DNA of 64,000 bases from the NCBI GenBank assembly GCA_048938895.1, contig JBHLLU010000002.1:32001-96000 (forward strand). Direction: 5' to 3'. The stretch is from Promethearchaeota archaeon. GTDB lineage: Archaea > Asgardarchaeota > Lokiarchaeia > Sigyniarchaeales > SOKP01. The stretch's first letter is position 1; each line of letters begins with the position of its first letter. This document shows positions 1-11,187 of the stretch, in pieces. The position numbers and the translations under genes are program-made. The notes under the pieces are model-generated. The model saw only the letters and a list, made by a program, of their open reading frames with translations. It did not search any database and was not told where the DNA came from.

Positions 1-2
1 CT

Positions 3-1907
3 GAACCAGAATCCTGCATACAAGAGTATTCAGACTTCAATAATAGAAGATTTCATGCTCAAACCTTTGCATGTTCTGTATGTGGGCCTCATTATACCCT
101 ATACAATAATAAAAAAGAGATTCTTGTAAATGAATCAATAACTAAGATTTTACAAGAAACGGCGGTGAGGATAAACAGAGGCGAAATTGTTGCAATCAAA
201 GGTATTGGTGGGGTGCATTTAGTTTGTGTGGCGAATGATGATGAAATAATTAATAAATTACGTAAGCGAAAAGGAAAAAGAAAATTTAAACCATTTGCAT
301 TGATGATTCCTGAATTAGAAGTTATTGAGAGTATACTGAAGATTTCTGATAAGGAGAGAGAACTGTTAACATCATTTCGTAAACCTATTGTTCTCTTAGA
401 AAGAAAAAATCTACATGAAAATTCAATTATTAGTAGAAATGTTGCTCCAGGATTGAATAATATTGGGATAATGCTACCTTATTCTGGAATCCATTACCTA
501 TTATTTGATAATGTTGGGAAAAAACCCTTAGTCTATACAAGCGGGAACAAATCGTATATCCCAATGGGAATTGAGAATTCGAAAATATTTGAACAGCTTG
601 AAAACCTCGCTGATGTATTCTTACTTCATGATAGACCAATTCATCAAAGGGCTGATGACAGTGTTTTAAGGATCCATGATGATAAAATAAAAGTAATTAG
701 GCGATCCAGAGGATATGTACCCGAGTATATCCCACTTCCATTTGAAGTGTCCGTTCCAGGAGCAATAGCAACAGGTCCTCTATTAGCAACCACAGGAGCA
801 ATATTAAGGCGAAATAGGGTTTTTCCGACTCAACATATTGGTAATGTCTCTCATTTAGAAACTTATGAATTCCTAAAAAAAGCAATATATCATATGAAAA
901 ATCTTCTCCAAATTGAAGAAAAGGAAATCAAATTTGTGGCATGTGATGAACATCCAGGATTTATTACAACGCGGTTCGCAACCGAACTTGCTGAACAATT
1001 TAATTGCCCTGTGTATAAAATCCAACATCATTATGCTCATGTTTTATCATTGATGGCTGAGAATGGAGTGCCACCAGATGAAAAAATAGTCGGAATATCA
1101 ACTGATGGTGTCGGCTATGGTGAGGATAATAATATATGGGGTGGTGAAATACTTCTTTCTTCCTATGATAATTATAAACGTTTGGGTCACCTTGAATACC
1201 AACCAATGATTGGAGGAGACCGATGTACAAAATATCCGGCTCGTATGACTGCCTCTATAATTATAAACTCAATGGATTTGAATGACGCTATAAGGATTCT
1301 TGAAAAACTAAAGATTAAAGATGATCTAGAATATAAAGATAATGAATTACAAACTTTAATTTCCCAATTTAAGAGATCAAACGGTATTTTTCCTTCCCAA
1401 AATATTCCAGCAACAAGTTCTACGGGTAGAATTTTTGATACTATTTCTTATCTTTTAGGAGCTTCGAAGATTAAAACCTATCGAGGTGAACCTGCTATGA
1501 GACTTGAAGCTATGGCTATGAAAGGAAACCCTAATAATATTGAGTTGAGTGTAGAATCTGCTAGACGAGACGGAGTCTATAGCATTAATACATCAAAACT
1601 AGTATTAGATGTCATTTCTTTAATAGAACATAATAAATTTAATAATGAGGATATCGCAGCCAAATTCCAAATTGAATTCGCAAGCACGTTTGCTGAAATT
1701 GCCATGAAAATAGCCGAGAAGAATAATCTAGATAAAATAGGTTTAACGGGAGGCGTTGCTTATAACTATTTCTTTTCTAGAACAATAAAGGAGAGAGTTG
1801 TCCAATCAAATTTGAAATTTCTGGAACACAATAAAATTCCCCCCGGTGATGCTGGAATAAGCACTGGACAGCTGATAGGTGGTATATTTAAATCTTCAAA
1901 AAGTTAA
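3..1907 (+). CDS. hypF: Carbamoyltransferase HypF ([NiFe]-hydrogenase maturation), 5'-truncated by the window edge
   Basis: The frame is open from nt 3 (EPESCIQEYSDFNNRRFHAQTFACSVCGP, second Zn finger). It also has AIKGIGGVHL, KPFALM, RADDSV, QHHYAH, DGVGYG, GGE, TSSTGRIFD and PPGDAGISTGQ. Confidence 0.96.
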   Translation, partial: EPESCIQEYSDFNNRRFHAQTFACSVCGPHYTLYNNKKEILVNESITKILQETAVRINRGEIVAIKGIGGVHLVCVANDDEIINKLRKRKGKRKFKPFALMIPELEVIESILKISDKERELLTSFRKPIVLLERKNLHENSIISRNVAPGLNNIGIMLPYSGIHYLLFDNVGKKPLVYTSGNKSYIPMGIENSKIFEQLENLADVFLLHDRPIHQRADDSVLRIHDDKIKVIRRSRGYVPEYIPLPFEVSVPGAIATGPLLATTGAILRRNRVFPTQHIGNVSHLETYEFLKKAIYHMKNLLQIEEKEIKFVACDEHPGFITTRFATELAEQFNCPVYKIQHHYAHVLSLMAENGVPPDEKIVGISTDGVGYGEDNNIWGGEILLSSYDNYKRLGHLEYQPMIGGDRCTKYPARMTASIIINSMDLNDAIRILEKLKIKDDLEYKDNELQTLISQFKRSNGIFPSQNIPATSSTGRIFDTISYLLGASKIKTYRGEPAMRLEAMAMKGNPNNIELSVESARRDGVYSINTSKLVLDVISLIEHNKFNNEDIAAKFQIEFASTFAEIAMKIAEKNNLDKIGLTGGVAYNYFFSRTIKERVVQSNLKFLEHNKIPPGDAGISTGQLIGGIFKSSKS

Positions 1908-2111
1908 ATAAGAGTTATGAACGCTTACTCAAACATTTCCTTCTTATTGAATTTTGTAAGGAAATAATAATAATATACAAGCAATTAAAAAGATTAATCG
2001 TCTTTGGTATTCTGCCATAATGATACTGAAAAGGTAGATTTTGAAAATATAAATATAAAAGCAATGTATTTACATTAAATATCAATTAAATATTTCAGAT
2101 TTCATCAAAAA

Positions 2112-3182
2112 ATGATCGTAAATAATGAACACAAAGAATCTTTAATAAATATTGCCAAAAAATTAATAAGAAAACCACATTCCGTTCCTACAGATGAAAA
2201 TGATGAACCTACTATAACTTATATCGAGTATTTAAGCCTTATGTATACCCCTGAAATTGCACAGTTAATCCAAATTCTTCCCGTTTTCCCTGAAGGGATA
2301 AACATTACACAATTTGCTCAAGAAGTAAAAATTGATAAAGAAGAATTGATTGAAAAACTTAGAGATGTTAGTAGAAGACGATTTGTAATAGCCCGAGGTA
2401 CAATGTATTCATTACCTAATGCATTTATGATGTATGATATTCCTTTTATTGTCAAAGAAAACTATGAAGGACCTGATGCAAAAAAATTTGCTGATTTAAG
2501 CAGAAAGTTCTATATTGAAGATAAATATTATCAAAAGTGGGAGACCTCTTGGAAAGGTACACCTTATATGAGGGTGTTAACTGTAAGTGAAGAGATCGAT
2601 CCAGAACATGAAATTGTGCCTTTAGAAGAAGCATATAGTATTATTGAAAAAAACAACTACTTTGCCATAATTCCTTGTCCATGTAGATTAAGAGCAGGAA
2701 TAAGTGGAGTTAGAGAATGTACTGATAAATATCCACTTAATAATTGCCTTCAAATAGGTCTAGCGGCTGGATTTATTGCCAATGAACCTGATAAGCAGAT
2801 AATTTCAAAAGAGGAGGCGAAAGCACTAATGAGAGAGTCAGCAGAGCTAGGTCTCGTTTTAACTACCGACAATACTGCTAAAATTACTTCTGTTATCTGT
2901 TCTTGTTGTGAATGTTGTTGCGGTATATTAAGGGGTTTAACTAAATTTGATAATCCAAGAGCAATCGCTAAAGCAAATTATATATCAACTATAGAAAAGG
3001 ATGCATGTACTGCATGTGAAACTTGCCTTGATCGCTGTAAATTTAATGCTATCACTGTGAACGATGTTGCTAACGTGAACCCTGATAAGTGTATAGGGTG
3101 TGGTTTATGTGCAGTGACATGCCCTAGTGATGCAATAACGATGAAACGGTTTGAAAGAGAAACAATTCCCGGATTGTCATAA
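2112..3182 (+). CDS. Fe-S protein: N-terminal wHTH-like region, Cys-rich core and C-terminal 2x[4Fe-4S] ferredoxin
   Basis: CPCR and [10 protein letters not shown] motifs plus two ferredoxin motifs ([23 protein letters not shown]). Confidence 0.8.
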   Translation: MIVNNEHKESLINIAKKLIRKPHSVPTDENDEPTITYIEYLSLMYTPEIAQLIQILPVFPEGINITQFAQEVKIDKEELIEKLRDVSRRRFVIARGTMYSLPNAFMMYDIPFIVKENYEGPDAKKFADLSRKFYIEDKYYQKWETSWKGTPYMRVLTVSEEIDPEHEIVPLEEAYSIIEKNNYFAIIPCPCRLRAGISGVRECTDKYPLNNCLQIGLAAGFIANEPDKQIISKEEAKALMRESAELGLVLTTDNTAKITSVICSCCECCCGILRGLTKFDNPRAIAKANYISTIEKDACTACETCLDRCKFNAITVNDVANVNPDKCIGCGLCAVTCPSDAITMKRFERETIPGLS

Positions 3183-3235
3183 AAATTATTTTACTACATC
3201 TTTTGTATTATCTAAGCTTTGTTAGACTAAAAAAA

Positions 3236-4051
3236 ATGCCACTAACTAAACGCATAATTCCTTGTTTAGATGTAACAAACAATAGGGTTGTTAAAGGAAC
3301 CAAATTCCTTAATCTCAAGGATGCAGGAGACGCGGTTGAATTAGCACAGTTTTATGATGAAAATGGAGCAGATGAACTTATTTTCTTAGATATAACAGCA
3401 TCTTCAGATAAGAGGAAAATCTTAATAGATTTAGTTGAAAGAACAGGAGAACAGGTCTTTATACCTTTTACTGTAGGAGGTGGATTGAGAACAGTTAAGG
3501 ATATTAAAGAAATTTTAAGGGCAGGAGCGGATAAGATTACTCTAAACACCGCTGCAGTTCAAAATCCTGATTTGATAAAAGATAGTGCTTATATCTTTGG
3601 TTCTCAATGTATAGTAATTGCGATTGATGCTAAAAGGAATTATATAAAAAAACCGCATAAGGATAATAATAAAGTATTTTTAAAAATAAAAGATGAGTAT
3701 TGTTGGTGGGAAGTCTATATTCATGGAGGAAGAACACCAACAGGTAAAGATGCTCTTTTATGGGGTGAAGAAGTTACTAAATTGGGTAGTGGTGAAATCA
3801 TGTTAACATCGATGGATTGTGATGGGACTAAAACAGGATATGATTTAGAATTAACACGAGCTTTTAGTGAAAGGTTAAATGTCCCGATCATTGCCTCAGG
3901 TGGTGCAGGAACTCCTCAGCATATTATTGATGTGTTCAAATACAGTAAAGCAGATGCCGCCTTAGCTGCTTCAATTTTTCATTATAATGAATATCCAATA
4001 GAAATTGTCAAAAGAGAATGTAAAAAAGCGGGAATTCCTATGAGGTTATAA
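3236..4051 (+). CDS. hisF: Imidazole glycerol phosphate synthase cyclase subunit
   Basis: [58 protein letters not shown] 3236 is preferred over TTG 3203. Confidence 0.97.
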   Translation: MPLTKRIIPCLDVTNNRVVKGTKFLNLKDAGDAVELAQFYDENGADELIFLDITASSDKRKILIDLVERTGEQVFIPFTVGGGLRTVKDIKEILRAGADKITLNTAAVQNPDLIKDSAYIFGSQCIVIAIDAKRNYIKKPHKDNNKVFLKIKDEYCWWEVYIHGGRTPTGKDALLWGEEVTKLGSGEIMLTSMDCDGTKTGYDLELTRAFSERLNVPIIASGGAGTPQHIIDVFKYSKADAALAASIFHYNEYPIEIVKRECKKAGIPMRL

Positions 4052-4053
4052 TT

Positions 4054-4683
4054 ATGTCATTTAATATTGCCATTATTGATTATGAGATGGGAAATCTAAA
4101 GAGTATCTATAAATGTTTAAAACATTTAGACGTCACTAGTTCAATTACTTCTGATCCTAAAGCAATATTGAATGCAAATGGCGTAATATTACCTGGCGTG
4201 GGCGCTTTTGGTGATGCTATGAGACATCTTGAGGAGAAAGATCTTATTGATGTTATTCATCAAGTGGTTAATAATGGTATACCCTTATTTGGGATTTGTC
4301 TGGGGCTTCAATTATTATTTACATCAAGTTCAGAGATGGGAACTTTCGAAGGTCTTAATATAATTAAAGGGAATGTAGTTTTATTCGATATTGAACAGGT
4401 TGGAAAGATACCTCACATAGGATGGAATAGTGTCGAGTTTCAGAATACTTATCACTTCCTCATTCAAGGTATCCCTAATAATTCTTATTTTTATTTTGTG
4501 CATAGTTATTACAGTATACCTGAAAACAATGAAAATAGTTTGGGAATGACTAAGTATGGAGATATAAAGTTTTGCTCAGTTGTTAGTAATGATAACATTT
4601 TTGCTACTCAATTCCATCCGGAGAAATCTAGTAAATATGGGATTAGAATTTATCAGAATTTTATAGATTTTTGTAAAAACTAA
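4054..4683 (+). CDS. hisH: Imidazole glycerol phosphate synthase glutaminase subunit
   Basis: IIDYEMGN, LPGVGAF, GICLGLQ (catalytic Cys), PHIGWN, YFVHSY, QFHPEKS. Starts 2 nt after hisF. Confidence 0.97.
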   Translation: MSFNIAIIDYEMGNLKSIYKCLKHLDVTSSITSDPKAILNANGVILPGVGAFGDAMRHLEEKDLIDVIHQVVNNGIPLFGICLGLQLLFTSSSEMGTFEGLNIIKGNVVLFDIEQVGKIPHIGWNSVEFQNTYHFLIQGIPNNSYFYFVHSYYSIPENNENSLGMTKYGDIKFCSVVSNDNIFATQFHPEKSSKYGIRIYQNFIDFCKN

Positions 4684-4754
4684 GCTCTTTTTCATAGTAG
4701 ATTAATAAAATTCTTTATTAGCAAAAATTCAAAATTAGCATATAGTGACTTATC

Positions 4755-6152
4755 ATGGGTGGACTTTTTGGAGTATTTTCAAATAAGGATTGTATAGATG
4801 ATTTATTTTATGGAACCGATTATCATAGTCATTTAGGAACTGTTAGAGGAGGTTTAGCAGTAAAAAATTCTGGTGGGTTTCAAAGGTATATAAAAAATAT
4901 TACAACCTCTCAATTCAGATCAAAATTTGAAAAAGATATAACGAAAATGCACGGTAATAAAGGAATTGGAGTAATTAGTGATTTTGATGATCAACCTTTA
5001 ATTATTAATTCACAATTAGGAGTATTTGCAATTTCTACAGTAGGAAAAATAAATAATCTAGAAGACTTAGCTAAAGAAGCATTAGAAAATGGAACACATT
5101 TCTCAGAAATGCAGGGTAGTGAAATCAATCCTACAGAAATGGTTGCTACTATTATCAGTCAAGGTAAATCTTTTGAGGAGGGAATTCAAAAAGTTCAAAG
5201 TATCATTGATGGTTCATGCACCATGCTTATTTTGACAGAAAATGGAATTTTTGCTGCAAGGGACAAATTAGGGAGAACACCTCTTATTTTAGGTGAAAAA
5301 CCTAACGCATTTGCAGTCACCATGGAAACAAGTGCTTTTCCTAATCTGGGTTATGAAATTTCTAAATATTTAGGACCAGGTGAGGTTTTTTTTATTAACG
5401 AAAATGGTTTTGAGCAAAAGATCCCCCCAAGTAATCGTTTGCAGATTTGTGCCTTTTTATGGGTCTATTATGGTTATCCAGCATCTAATTATGAAGGCGT
5501 TAATGTAGAAGTCGTACGATATAAATGTGGATCTTATTTAGCAAGAAATGATGCTGTGGAAATTGATCTTGTAGCAGGCATCCCCGATTCTGGTACAGCC
5601 CATGGATTAGGTTATGCAAATGAAGCTCGAATTCCATATTCACGTCCATATGTTAAGTATACTCCAACCTGGCCTCGAAGTTTTATGCCACAGGAGCAGT
5701 CAATAAGAGATTTGGTTGCTATAATGAAACTTATTCCTATTAAAGAATTAATTAATGATAAACGTCTCCTCTTCTGTGAAGATTCAATTGTCCGAGGAAC
5801 TCAGCTGAAAAAAACAATTGAAAGATTGTTTGATTCAGGTGCTAAAGAAGTTCATATGCGACCAGCATGTCCTCCACTTGTGTATGGTTGTAAATTTCTA
5901 AACTTCTCTCGTTCTAAGTCTGAATTAGATCTAGCAGGAAGATGGGCAATAAAAGAATTAATCGGGAGAGATATCGGAGATCCTGCAGAGTATATAAATC
6001 CAGAGTCTGAAAAGTTTAAAGCTATGGTAGATATAATACGAAAAAGATTAGGACTGACAACTTTACAATACCAGAGACTTGAAGATTTAGTCAAAGCTAT
6101 AGGATTACCTAAAGAAAAGTTATGTACTTATTGTTGGGATGGTGCAGAATAA
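4755..6152 (+). CDS. purF: Amidophosphoribosyltransferase-like protein lacking the N-terminal catalytic Cys (begins MGGLFG)
   Basis: ARDKLGRTPL, IPDSG, RSFMP, PRPP loop EDSIVRGT, RPACPP and C-terminal LCTYCWDG. Confidence 0.85.
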   Translation: MGGLFGVFSNKDCIDDLFYGTDYHSHLGTVRGGLAVKNSGGFQRYIKNITTSQFRSKFEKDITKMHGNKGIGVISDFDDQPLIINSQLGVFAISTVGKINNLEDLAKEALENGTHFSEMQGSEINPTEMVATIISQGKSFEEGIQKVQSIIDGSCTMLILTENGIFAARDKLGRTPLILGEKPNAFAVTMETSAFPNLGYEISKYLGPGEVFFINENGFEQKIPPSNRLQICAFLWVYYGYPASNYEGVNVEVVRYKCGSYLARNDAVEIDLVAGIPDSGTAHGLGYANEARIPYSRPYVKYTPTWPRSFMPQEQSIRDLVAIMKLIPIKELINDKRLLFCEDSIVRGTQLKKTIERLFDSGAKEVHMRPACPPLVYGCKFLNFSRSKSELDLAGRWAIKELIGRDIGDPAEYINPESEKFKAMVDIIRKRLGLTTLQYQRLEDLVKAIGLPKEKLCTYCWDGAE

Positions 6153-6160
6153 ATTGTGAA

Positions 6161-7657
6161 TTAGGCTCTACTTTTCACAATAGATTTTTCCATTTCTGCT
6201 AGTTTTTGCACCGATTTCAGAGGATAATCACCAGTTAAACATGCTAAACATAGTTGAGTTCTATTTTTTCCAATTGCCAGCATCAAATTATCTATAGTCT
6301 GATATTCTAAAGTATCTGCACCAATTTTCTTTCTTATTTCTTCTAAATAATCTTCATTGTATAGTTCCTGAAAACTCCCAGCTATTAATTCTGCTTTTGT
6401 AGGGAAGTCGATTCCCATATAACATGGACTTATTATCGGTGGACAACTAATCCGTAAATGTACTCGTTTAGCTTGACCTTTTTCTCTTAAAAGTGAAACA
6501 ATCTGTTGTGTTGTCGTCCCCCTAACAATTGAGTCGTCTAAAAGAATAATATCCTTTCCTGAGATAACACTCTTGATTGTGTTAAGTTTTTCTTTTACCG
6601 CTATTTTTCGCTTCCCTTGTCCTGGCATAATAAATGTTCTGTGAACATACCTGTTTTTCATCAAACCTTCTACATAGGGAAGCTTAGCTTCCTTAGCATA
6701 TCCTACTGCAACACTACGACCAGAGTCGGGAACAGGCACTACTACAGCGTTCTCTCTAATTTCAGGATTTTTTAAAATCGGATCGCTTTTAGCTAAATAT
6801 TCTCCTAATCTAAGTCTAGCTTCTGCAACTGAGACACCATCAATTGTGGAATCGGGTCTAGCAAAATAAACAAATTCAAATTGACATAAAGCAGTTCTAT
6901 TTGATTTTATTATATTTTCAGAATGAATAGCTTTTTGATGACTAAGATGCACAATTTCACCAGGCTTAACATCTCGTATAAAATTTCCCCCAACAACATC
7001 AATCGCACAAGATTCTGATGCTACAAAATAGATGTTTCGCTGAGAATTTTTTATCTCTCCAATACATAGAGGTTTAAATCCAAGGGGATCGCGTATTGCA
7101 TAAATATCCCCCTCAGAGGTCATTAATATTAAAGAATATGACCCATCTAACAACCTGCTAGCTAGAGTTAAAACTTCTGGCCAGTCTTCTGTCCCTACTG
7201 CAATAGATCCAAATAATTGTGCTATTACTTCAGTATCAGTATCTGTAATAAAAACTCTTCCCATCTCATCCATATTTTTTTTAACATCATCAAAATTAGC
7301 TATAGTTCCATTAAAAGCCATAGAAAATTCAATATCACTTGTTTTAAAATGAAATGGTTGCATATAATCTGTAGATTTATATCCTGTCGAGCCAGTGGTT
7401 GCATATCTATTGTGTCCAATACCTACATTACCCCAATATTTAGATAATGTTTTATTATCTAAGACCTGTGAAACTAATCCACTTTTTTTATATGTATTGA
7501 TTTTGCCACCAGTTTTTAAGATTGAAATTCCCGTTGATTCTTGACCACGATGTTGTAATGCAATTAAACCTTGATATAAGAGTTTAGAAACAGAAAATCC
7601 TAAATCATCAGAAGTAACACCAAAAATAGCGCAATGATCTTTTACTTTATCTCTCAT
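6161..7657 (-). CDS. purF: Amidophosphoribosyltransferase (canonical, propeptide plus Cys nucleophile)
   Basis: MRDKVKDH-CAIFG, LQHRGQES, GHNRYATTG, CQFEFVYFARPDS, VPDSG, DDSIVRGTT, CLACLTGDYP. Confidence 0.97.
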   Translation of the reverse strand: MRDKVKDHCAIFGVTSDDLGFSVSKLLYQGLIALQHRGQESTGISILKTGGKINTYKKSGLVSQVLDNKTLSKYWGNVGIGHNRYATTGSTGYKSTDYMQPFHFKTSDIEFSMAFNGTIANFDDVKKNMDEMGRVFITDTDTEVIAQLFGSIAVGTEDWPEVLTLASRLLDGSYSLILMTSEGDIYAIRDPLGFKPLCIGEIKNSQRNIYFVASESCAIDVVGGNFIRDVKPGEIVHLSHQKAIHSENIIKSNRTALCQFEFVYFARPDSTIDGVSVAEARLRLGEYLAKSDPILKNPEIRENAVVVPVPDSGRSVAVGYAKEAKLPYVEGLMKNRYVHRTFIMPGQGKRKIAVKEKLNTIKSVISGKDIILLDDSIVRGTTTQQIVSLLREKGQAKRVHLRISCPPIISPCYMGIDFPTKAELIAGSFQELYNEDYLEEIRKKIGADTLEYQTIDNLMLAIGKNRTQLCLACLTGDYPLKSVQKLAEMEKSIVKSRA

Positions 7658-7792
7658 TATTATTTTCGGGTATTTTAACAGTTTTCCATTAAGACAATTA
7701 AGAGAGGAAAATTAATTATCTTCAATTAATTTAAATCATAAATAATTTTTAATTATTAGTCTAATTGATTATTAAATTTTCTATGGAAAATC

Positions 7793-8473
7793 GTGTCAAT
7801 TAAAAGCAACAAAACTAAATACATAGCTGTAGCCATTTTAATCGGAGGTAAAAGTTCTCGTTTTGGGAGTGACAAAGGTCTTTTTAAATACATTGATAAA
7901 CCATTGATATCTTATCAACTCGATACTTTAAGTCAGAGAAATTACGATATTTTTTTAGTTGCTAATTCAAAGCGACAAGTTCAAAATTACATCAACCAGA
8001 TTGACGTTAAATTTATTACCGGATTTATTATTGATGAAAACAATGTCTCACCTGAATTGAAATCACACACCCCTATTATAGGTTTATATTCTGCATCTAA
8101 AGAACTAAAGAGTTTAATCTACGAAAAATTGTTTGTAATTGCATGTGATACCCCATTTATTAATTCAAATGTATTAGAACTTTTGATAGAAAGATCATTT
8201 GGATATGATTGTTGTATTCCTCAATGGAATAATAAATTTGTTGAACCTCTCTTTGCTATTTATTCAATCAAAAAATTGTTCAGAAAAGCAAAAGAAAATC
8301 TTAAGGATAATAACCTTAAATTATCAAATCTCTTAGATAGAAGCTGGAAAATTAATTATTTATCTATTGAAAATGAAATTATGCCATTGGATAGAAATCT
8401 TCTAACTTTCTTTAATATTAATACTCCTGAAGATATTGAAAAACTCTCTAAAATCCAACCTGAAAAAACTTAA
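7793..8473 (+). CDS. mobA: Molybdenum cofactor guanylyltransferase
   Basis: ILIGGKSSRFGSDKG, IACDTPF, EPLFAIY, FFNINTPED. Confidence 0.9.
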   Translation: MSIKSNKTKYIAVAILIGGKSSRFGSDKGLFKYIDKPLISYQLDTLSQRNYDIFLVANSKRQVQNYINQIDVKFITGFIIDENNVSPELKSHTPIIGLYSASKELKSLIYEKLFVIACDTPFINSNVLELLIERSFGYDCCIPQWNNKFVEPLFAIYSIKKLFRKAKENLKDNNLKLSNLLDRSWKINYLSIENEIMPLDRNLLTFFNINTPEDIEKLSKIQPEKT

Positions 8474-8541
8474 ACGGTTTTGAAAAAAAAATAAAGTAAA
8501 TAAAAAAACAAAATTAAAAAAAAAAAATCTTTTTAGAGAAA

Positions 8542-9039
8542 TTAATCTAGAGTAGCTCCACCTATAATTCCTAAAATACCACCTGCAGCGCCCATAAAGA
8601 AACTAATCCAAATTCCCCATCTCGCACCAGCAAGACTTCCAAAAAATAGACTATCTCCAAGTCCCAAACCCTCAAAATAACCTAGTTCAAGAAATAATTG
8701 AAGCGAAAGGATAATTGGTCCTGCTAACATGAGCAATCCACCTAATATACCGAGGAATTTAATTTCTACTAATGCTGCTACGAAAGCTACTGCTCCTCCC
8801 GCAACTAATAATATACCGATGAGAAGTAATAACATATCCTCTGCGGAATCTGGTCCAAAATCAATACCAGATATAATTCCAGCTCCCGACCCAAAACCTC
8901 CGATATAGATTGCATCTCCCCCTCCCCAAATGCGCCATAGAGAAAATAAACCAGGAAATAGATAGAATAGCACTATGCTAAGAATTCCTAAAATACCTCC
9001 AACTATAGCAAGAGGTTTACCTGCTCCCATTTTTTTCAC
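8542..9039 (-). CDS. Gly-rich four-TM membrane protein, paralogue 1
   Basis: Four hydrophobic GxxxG-rich segments; close similarity to 9236-9730 (GPDSAEDML, MLAGP, WGxWI, FFM). Confidence 0.8.
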   Translation of the reverse strand: MKKMGAGKPLAIVGGILGILSIVLFYLFPGLFSLWRIWGGGDAIYIGGFGSGAGIISGIDFGPDSAEDMLLLLIGILLVAGGAVAFVAALVEIKFLGILGGLLMLAGPIILSLQLFLELGYFEGLGLGDSLFFGSLAGARWGIWISFFMGAAGGILGIIGGATLD

Positions 9040-9235
9040 ACTTTTATTTTTTTTTAAGAAATTATTAAACTTCTGTTATTACTTTGATCTGATGTGATAT
9101 ATAATATTTGTTATACTTTTGTTGAAAAAATATGATTAGATTGATATCTGATGAATGAATAAATATTTAGAAGATCTCAAGAATATCCTTACTAGAGAAA
9201 ATAGCATTTATTAATAAAAAAAAAAATTGAAGAAG

Positions 9236-9730
9236 TTAATCTGAAGTTGCTCCACCAATGATTCCTAACACGCCTCCTCCAATAGCCATAAAGAAACCAA
9301 TCCAAACACCCCAATTTGCGCCTGCTTGGCTTCCCCAGAGAGCAAACTCAGGAAATCCTTCCCAGAATCCTAATTCAAGAAATAATTCGACTACAAGTAA
9401 GCCTGGACCTGCTAACATAAGAATTCCTCCGATTATTCCAAGGGCTTTATTTTCTGCGATTCCCCCAATAAGGGCTAATACACCACCAGCAATTATTAAG
9501 ATAGCGACTATTAAGAAAAGCATATCCTCAGCAGAATCGGGTCCATAATCAATACCCACCAGTGTGCCAGATGTAGATCCAAAACCGCCAGCAAATATAG
9601 TAAGAGCTGCTCCTCCATCGAACCTCCATAAACAAAAAAATCCAGGCATCGCGTAATACAAAACAATACTAAGAATTCCTACAATTCCACCAATTATGGC
9701 AATAATTCTTCCTGCTCCCATTTTCATCAC
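9236..9730 (-). CDS. Gly-rich four-TM membrane protein, paralogue 2
   Basis: Tandem paralogue of 8542-9039 (MGAG start, GIIGGATxD end). Confidence 0.8.
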   Translation of the reverse strand: MMKMGAGRIIAIIGGIVGILSIVLYYAMPGFFCLWRFDGGAALTIFAGGFGSTSGTLVGIDYGPDSAEDMLFLIVAILIIAGGVLALIGGIAENKALGIIGGILMLAGPGLLVVELFLELGFWEGFPEFALWGSQAGANWGVWIGFFMAIGGGVLGIIGGATSD

Positions 9731-9911
9731 ATATTTTTGTAAAATGTAAGTTTTATATAAAAATTAGCATATATAATAGTTTATTATTTGAATTGATCTT
9801 ATATATAAGATTTACTAATACAATTTATTCAGGGTAGATTAATTTACAGATTCCTCAGAAATAAGGTTATATTCAGAAATTATAATAAAAAAATAGTAAT
9901 AAAAATATAAT

Positions 9912-10424
9912 TTAAAAAGCTCCTGGGCCGTAGACAGTAGCTACAAGTCCTATAATTCCACCAGCATATAATAAATACATTCCAATATCAAATCCACCAA
10001 AATCTAAGATTTTTAAAGGAATAATATCTTCTACTAATGGAGAATCTGTTCCTAGAATATTTGTAATCCAATCGTCAACACTAATGACTCTATAACTTCC
10101 TAAAAAGATTAGGGTAGCTATTCCAAGAGTTAAAAGAGTCCCGATTGCGGCAAAAACTCTTTTCTTCATGCCTAAAATAAGGAAAAGTCCCGCAGCTAGG
10201 AACAAAATGAACCCCACCGCAATAATATAGAGCGAAAAGCCTGGTATATTTAATGTTGATCCTAAATTCTCCGCATCAGTAAACATTGCTCCAAGATTAT
10301 TTATGATTCCCAAACCATTAGCATAGTAAGGAGGTACCGTATCAATCGCATACCACGAAAAGAAATAGGTTGCCAGAATAGTAATTATTCCAGATAACAG
10401 ACTTAACAATTTTCCAGTTTCCAT
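9912..10424 (-). CDS. Four-TM membrane protein, distant member of the same family
   Basis: Similar length and layout (N-terminal GK..L..L.GI, aromatic after TM1, C-terminal GGIIGL). Confidence 0.7.
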   Translation of the reverse strand: METGKLLSLLSGIITILATYFFSWYAIDTVPPYYANGLGIINNLGAMFTDAENLGSTLNIPGFSLYIIAVGFILFLAAGLFLILGMKKRVFAAIGTLLTLGIATLIFLGSYRVISVDDWITNILGTDSPLVEDIIPLKILDFGGFDIGMYLLYAGGIIGLVATVYGPGAF

Positions 10425-10613
10425 TTTGAACCACTTATTAGAAATTTTTAATATTTATAACTAGATAGATCTTGAACTATATTTAAGATTATCTTATTTC
10501 AATAAGTTCTTAATTTACATGTGTGTAATTCAGTTGAAATCATATTAAATGAAACAATATCCTAATTTTAAGAGTAGGCAAACACTTTCAATTTAAATTT
10601 CAAATTTAAAGTT

Positions 10614-10991
10614 TCAAGTTTCTAAAACTAATTCGTTATTTACTTCCTTGATAACAGATAACAATTTGCGCATATTAAAAGGTTTATCAAGAAAAGCACA
10701 AGCTCCTATAGAAAGAGCCTTTTTTTTTATTGTTATGTCCGCACTAGCAAAAATAATTTTAACATGATTATTGATACATAAAATTTCAGCCATGGCGTCG
10801 AGTCCATTTTTTATTGGCATACGATGATCCATTAACACAATATCCGGTTTTTCTTTAAGGTTATTATATTTCTCTATAGCAGTCTTGCCATTATATGCGG
10901 TATCAACAATTTCATACCCCGCTTCAGTTAAAATCAAAGTATATAGCCGTTGGAGAGATTGGTCATCATCCACAATAAAAATCTTTACCAT
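10614..10991 (-). CDS. Single-domain CheY-like response regulator
   Basis: IFIVDDD, VLMDHRMPIKNG, IIFASA, LDKPF. Confidence 0.93.
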   Translation of the reverse strand: MVKIFIVDDDQSLQRLYTLILTEAGYEIVDTAYNGKTAIEKYNNLKEKPDIVLMDHRMPIKNGLDAMAEILCINNHVKIIFASADITIKKKALSIGACAFLDKPFNMRKLLSVIKEVNNELVLET

Positions 10992-11154
10992 ACTGGAACC
11001 TTAAGTGCTTTTTGAAATATTCTCTACCAAAATATCCCATTATGTTTTACAACTAACTTAATAATAACAATAACTTTTATTTAAGTTTAAACAATTGAAA
11101 AGCTAACTGCTACTCTTGGTAATTTTCAATAAAATTGCTATTTCTAGAGAAATA

Positions 11155-11162
11155 TTTATATA
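11155..11162 (+). promoter_or_regulatory. Candidate archaeal TATA box (TTTATATA) with purine-rich BRE
   Basis: GAGAAATA-TTTATATA lies about 26 nt upstream of ATG 11188, the spacing expected for a leaderless transcript. Confidence 0.5.
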
Positions 11163-11187
11163 TGTACAATCGATAATTATTCTAATA

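Noticed and set aside
8480-8530. Poly-A tracts, and similar AT palindromes such as 10592-10610
   Set aside because: Ordinary minus-strand U-rich terminator or low-complexity sequence in an AT-rich genome.
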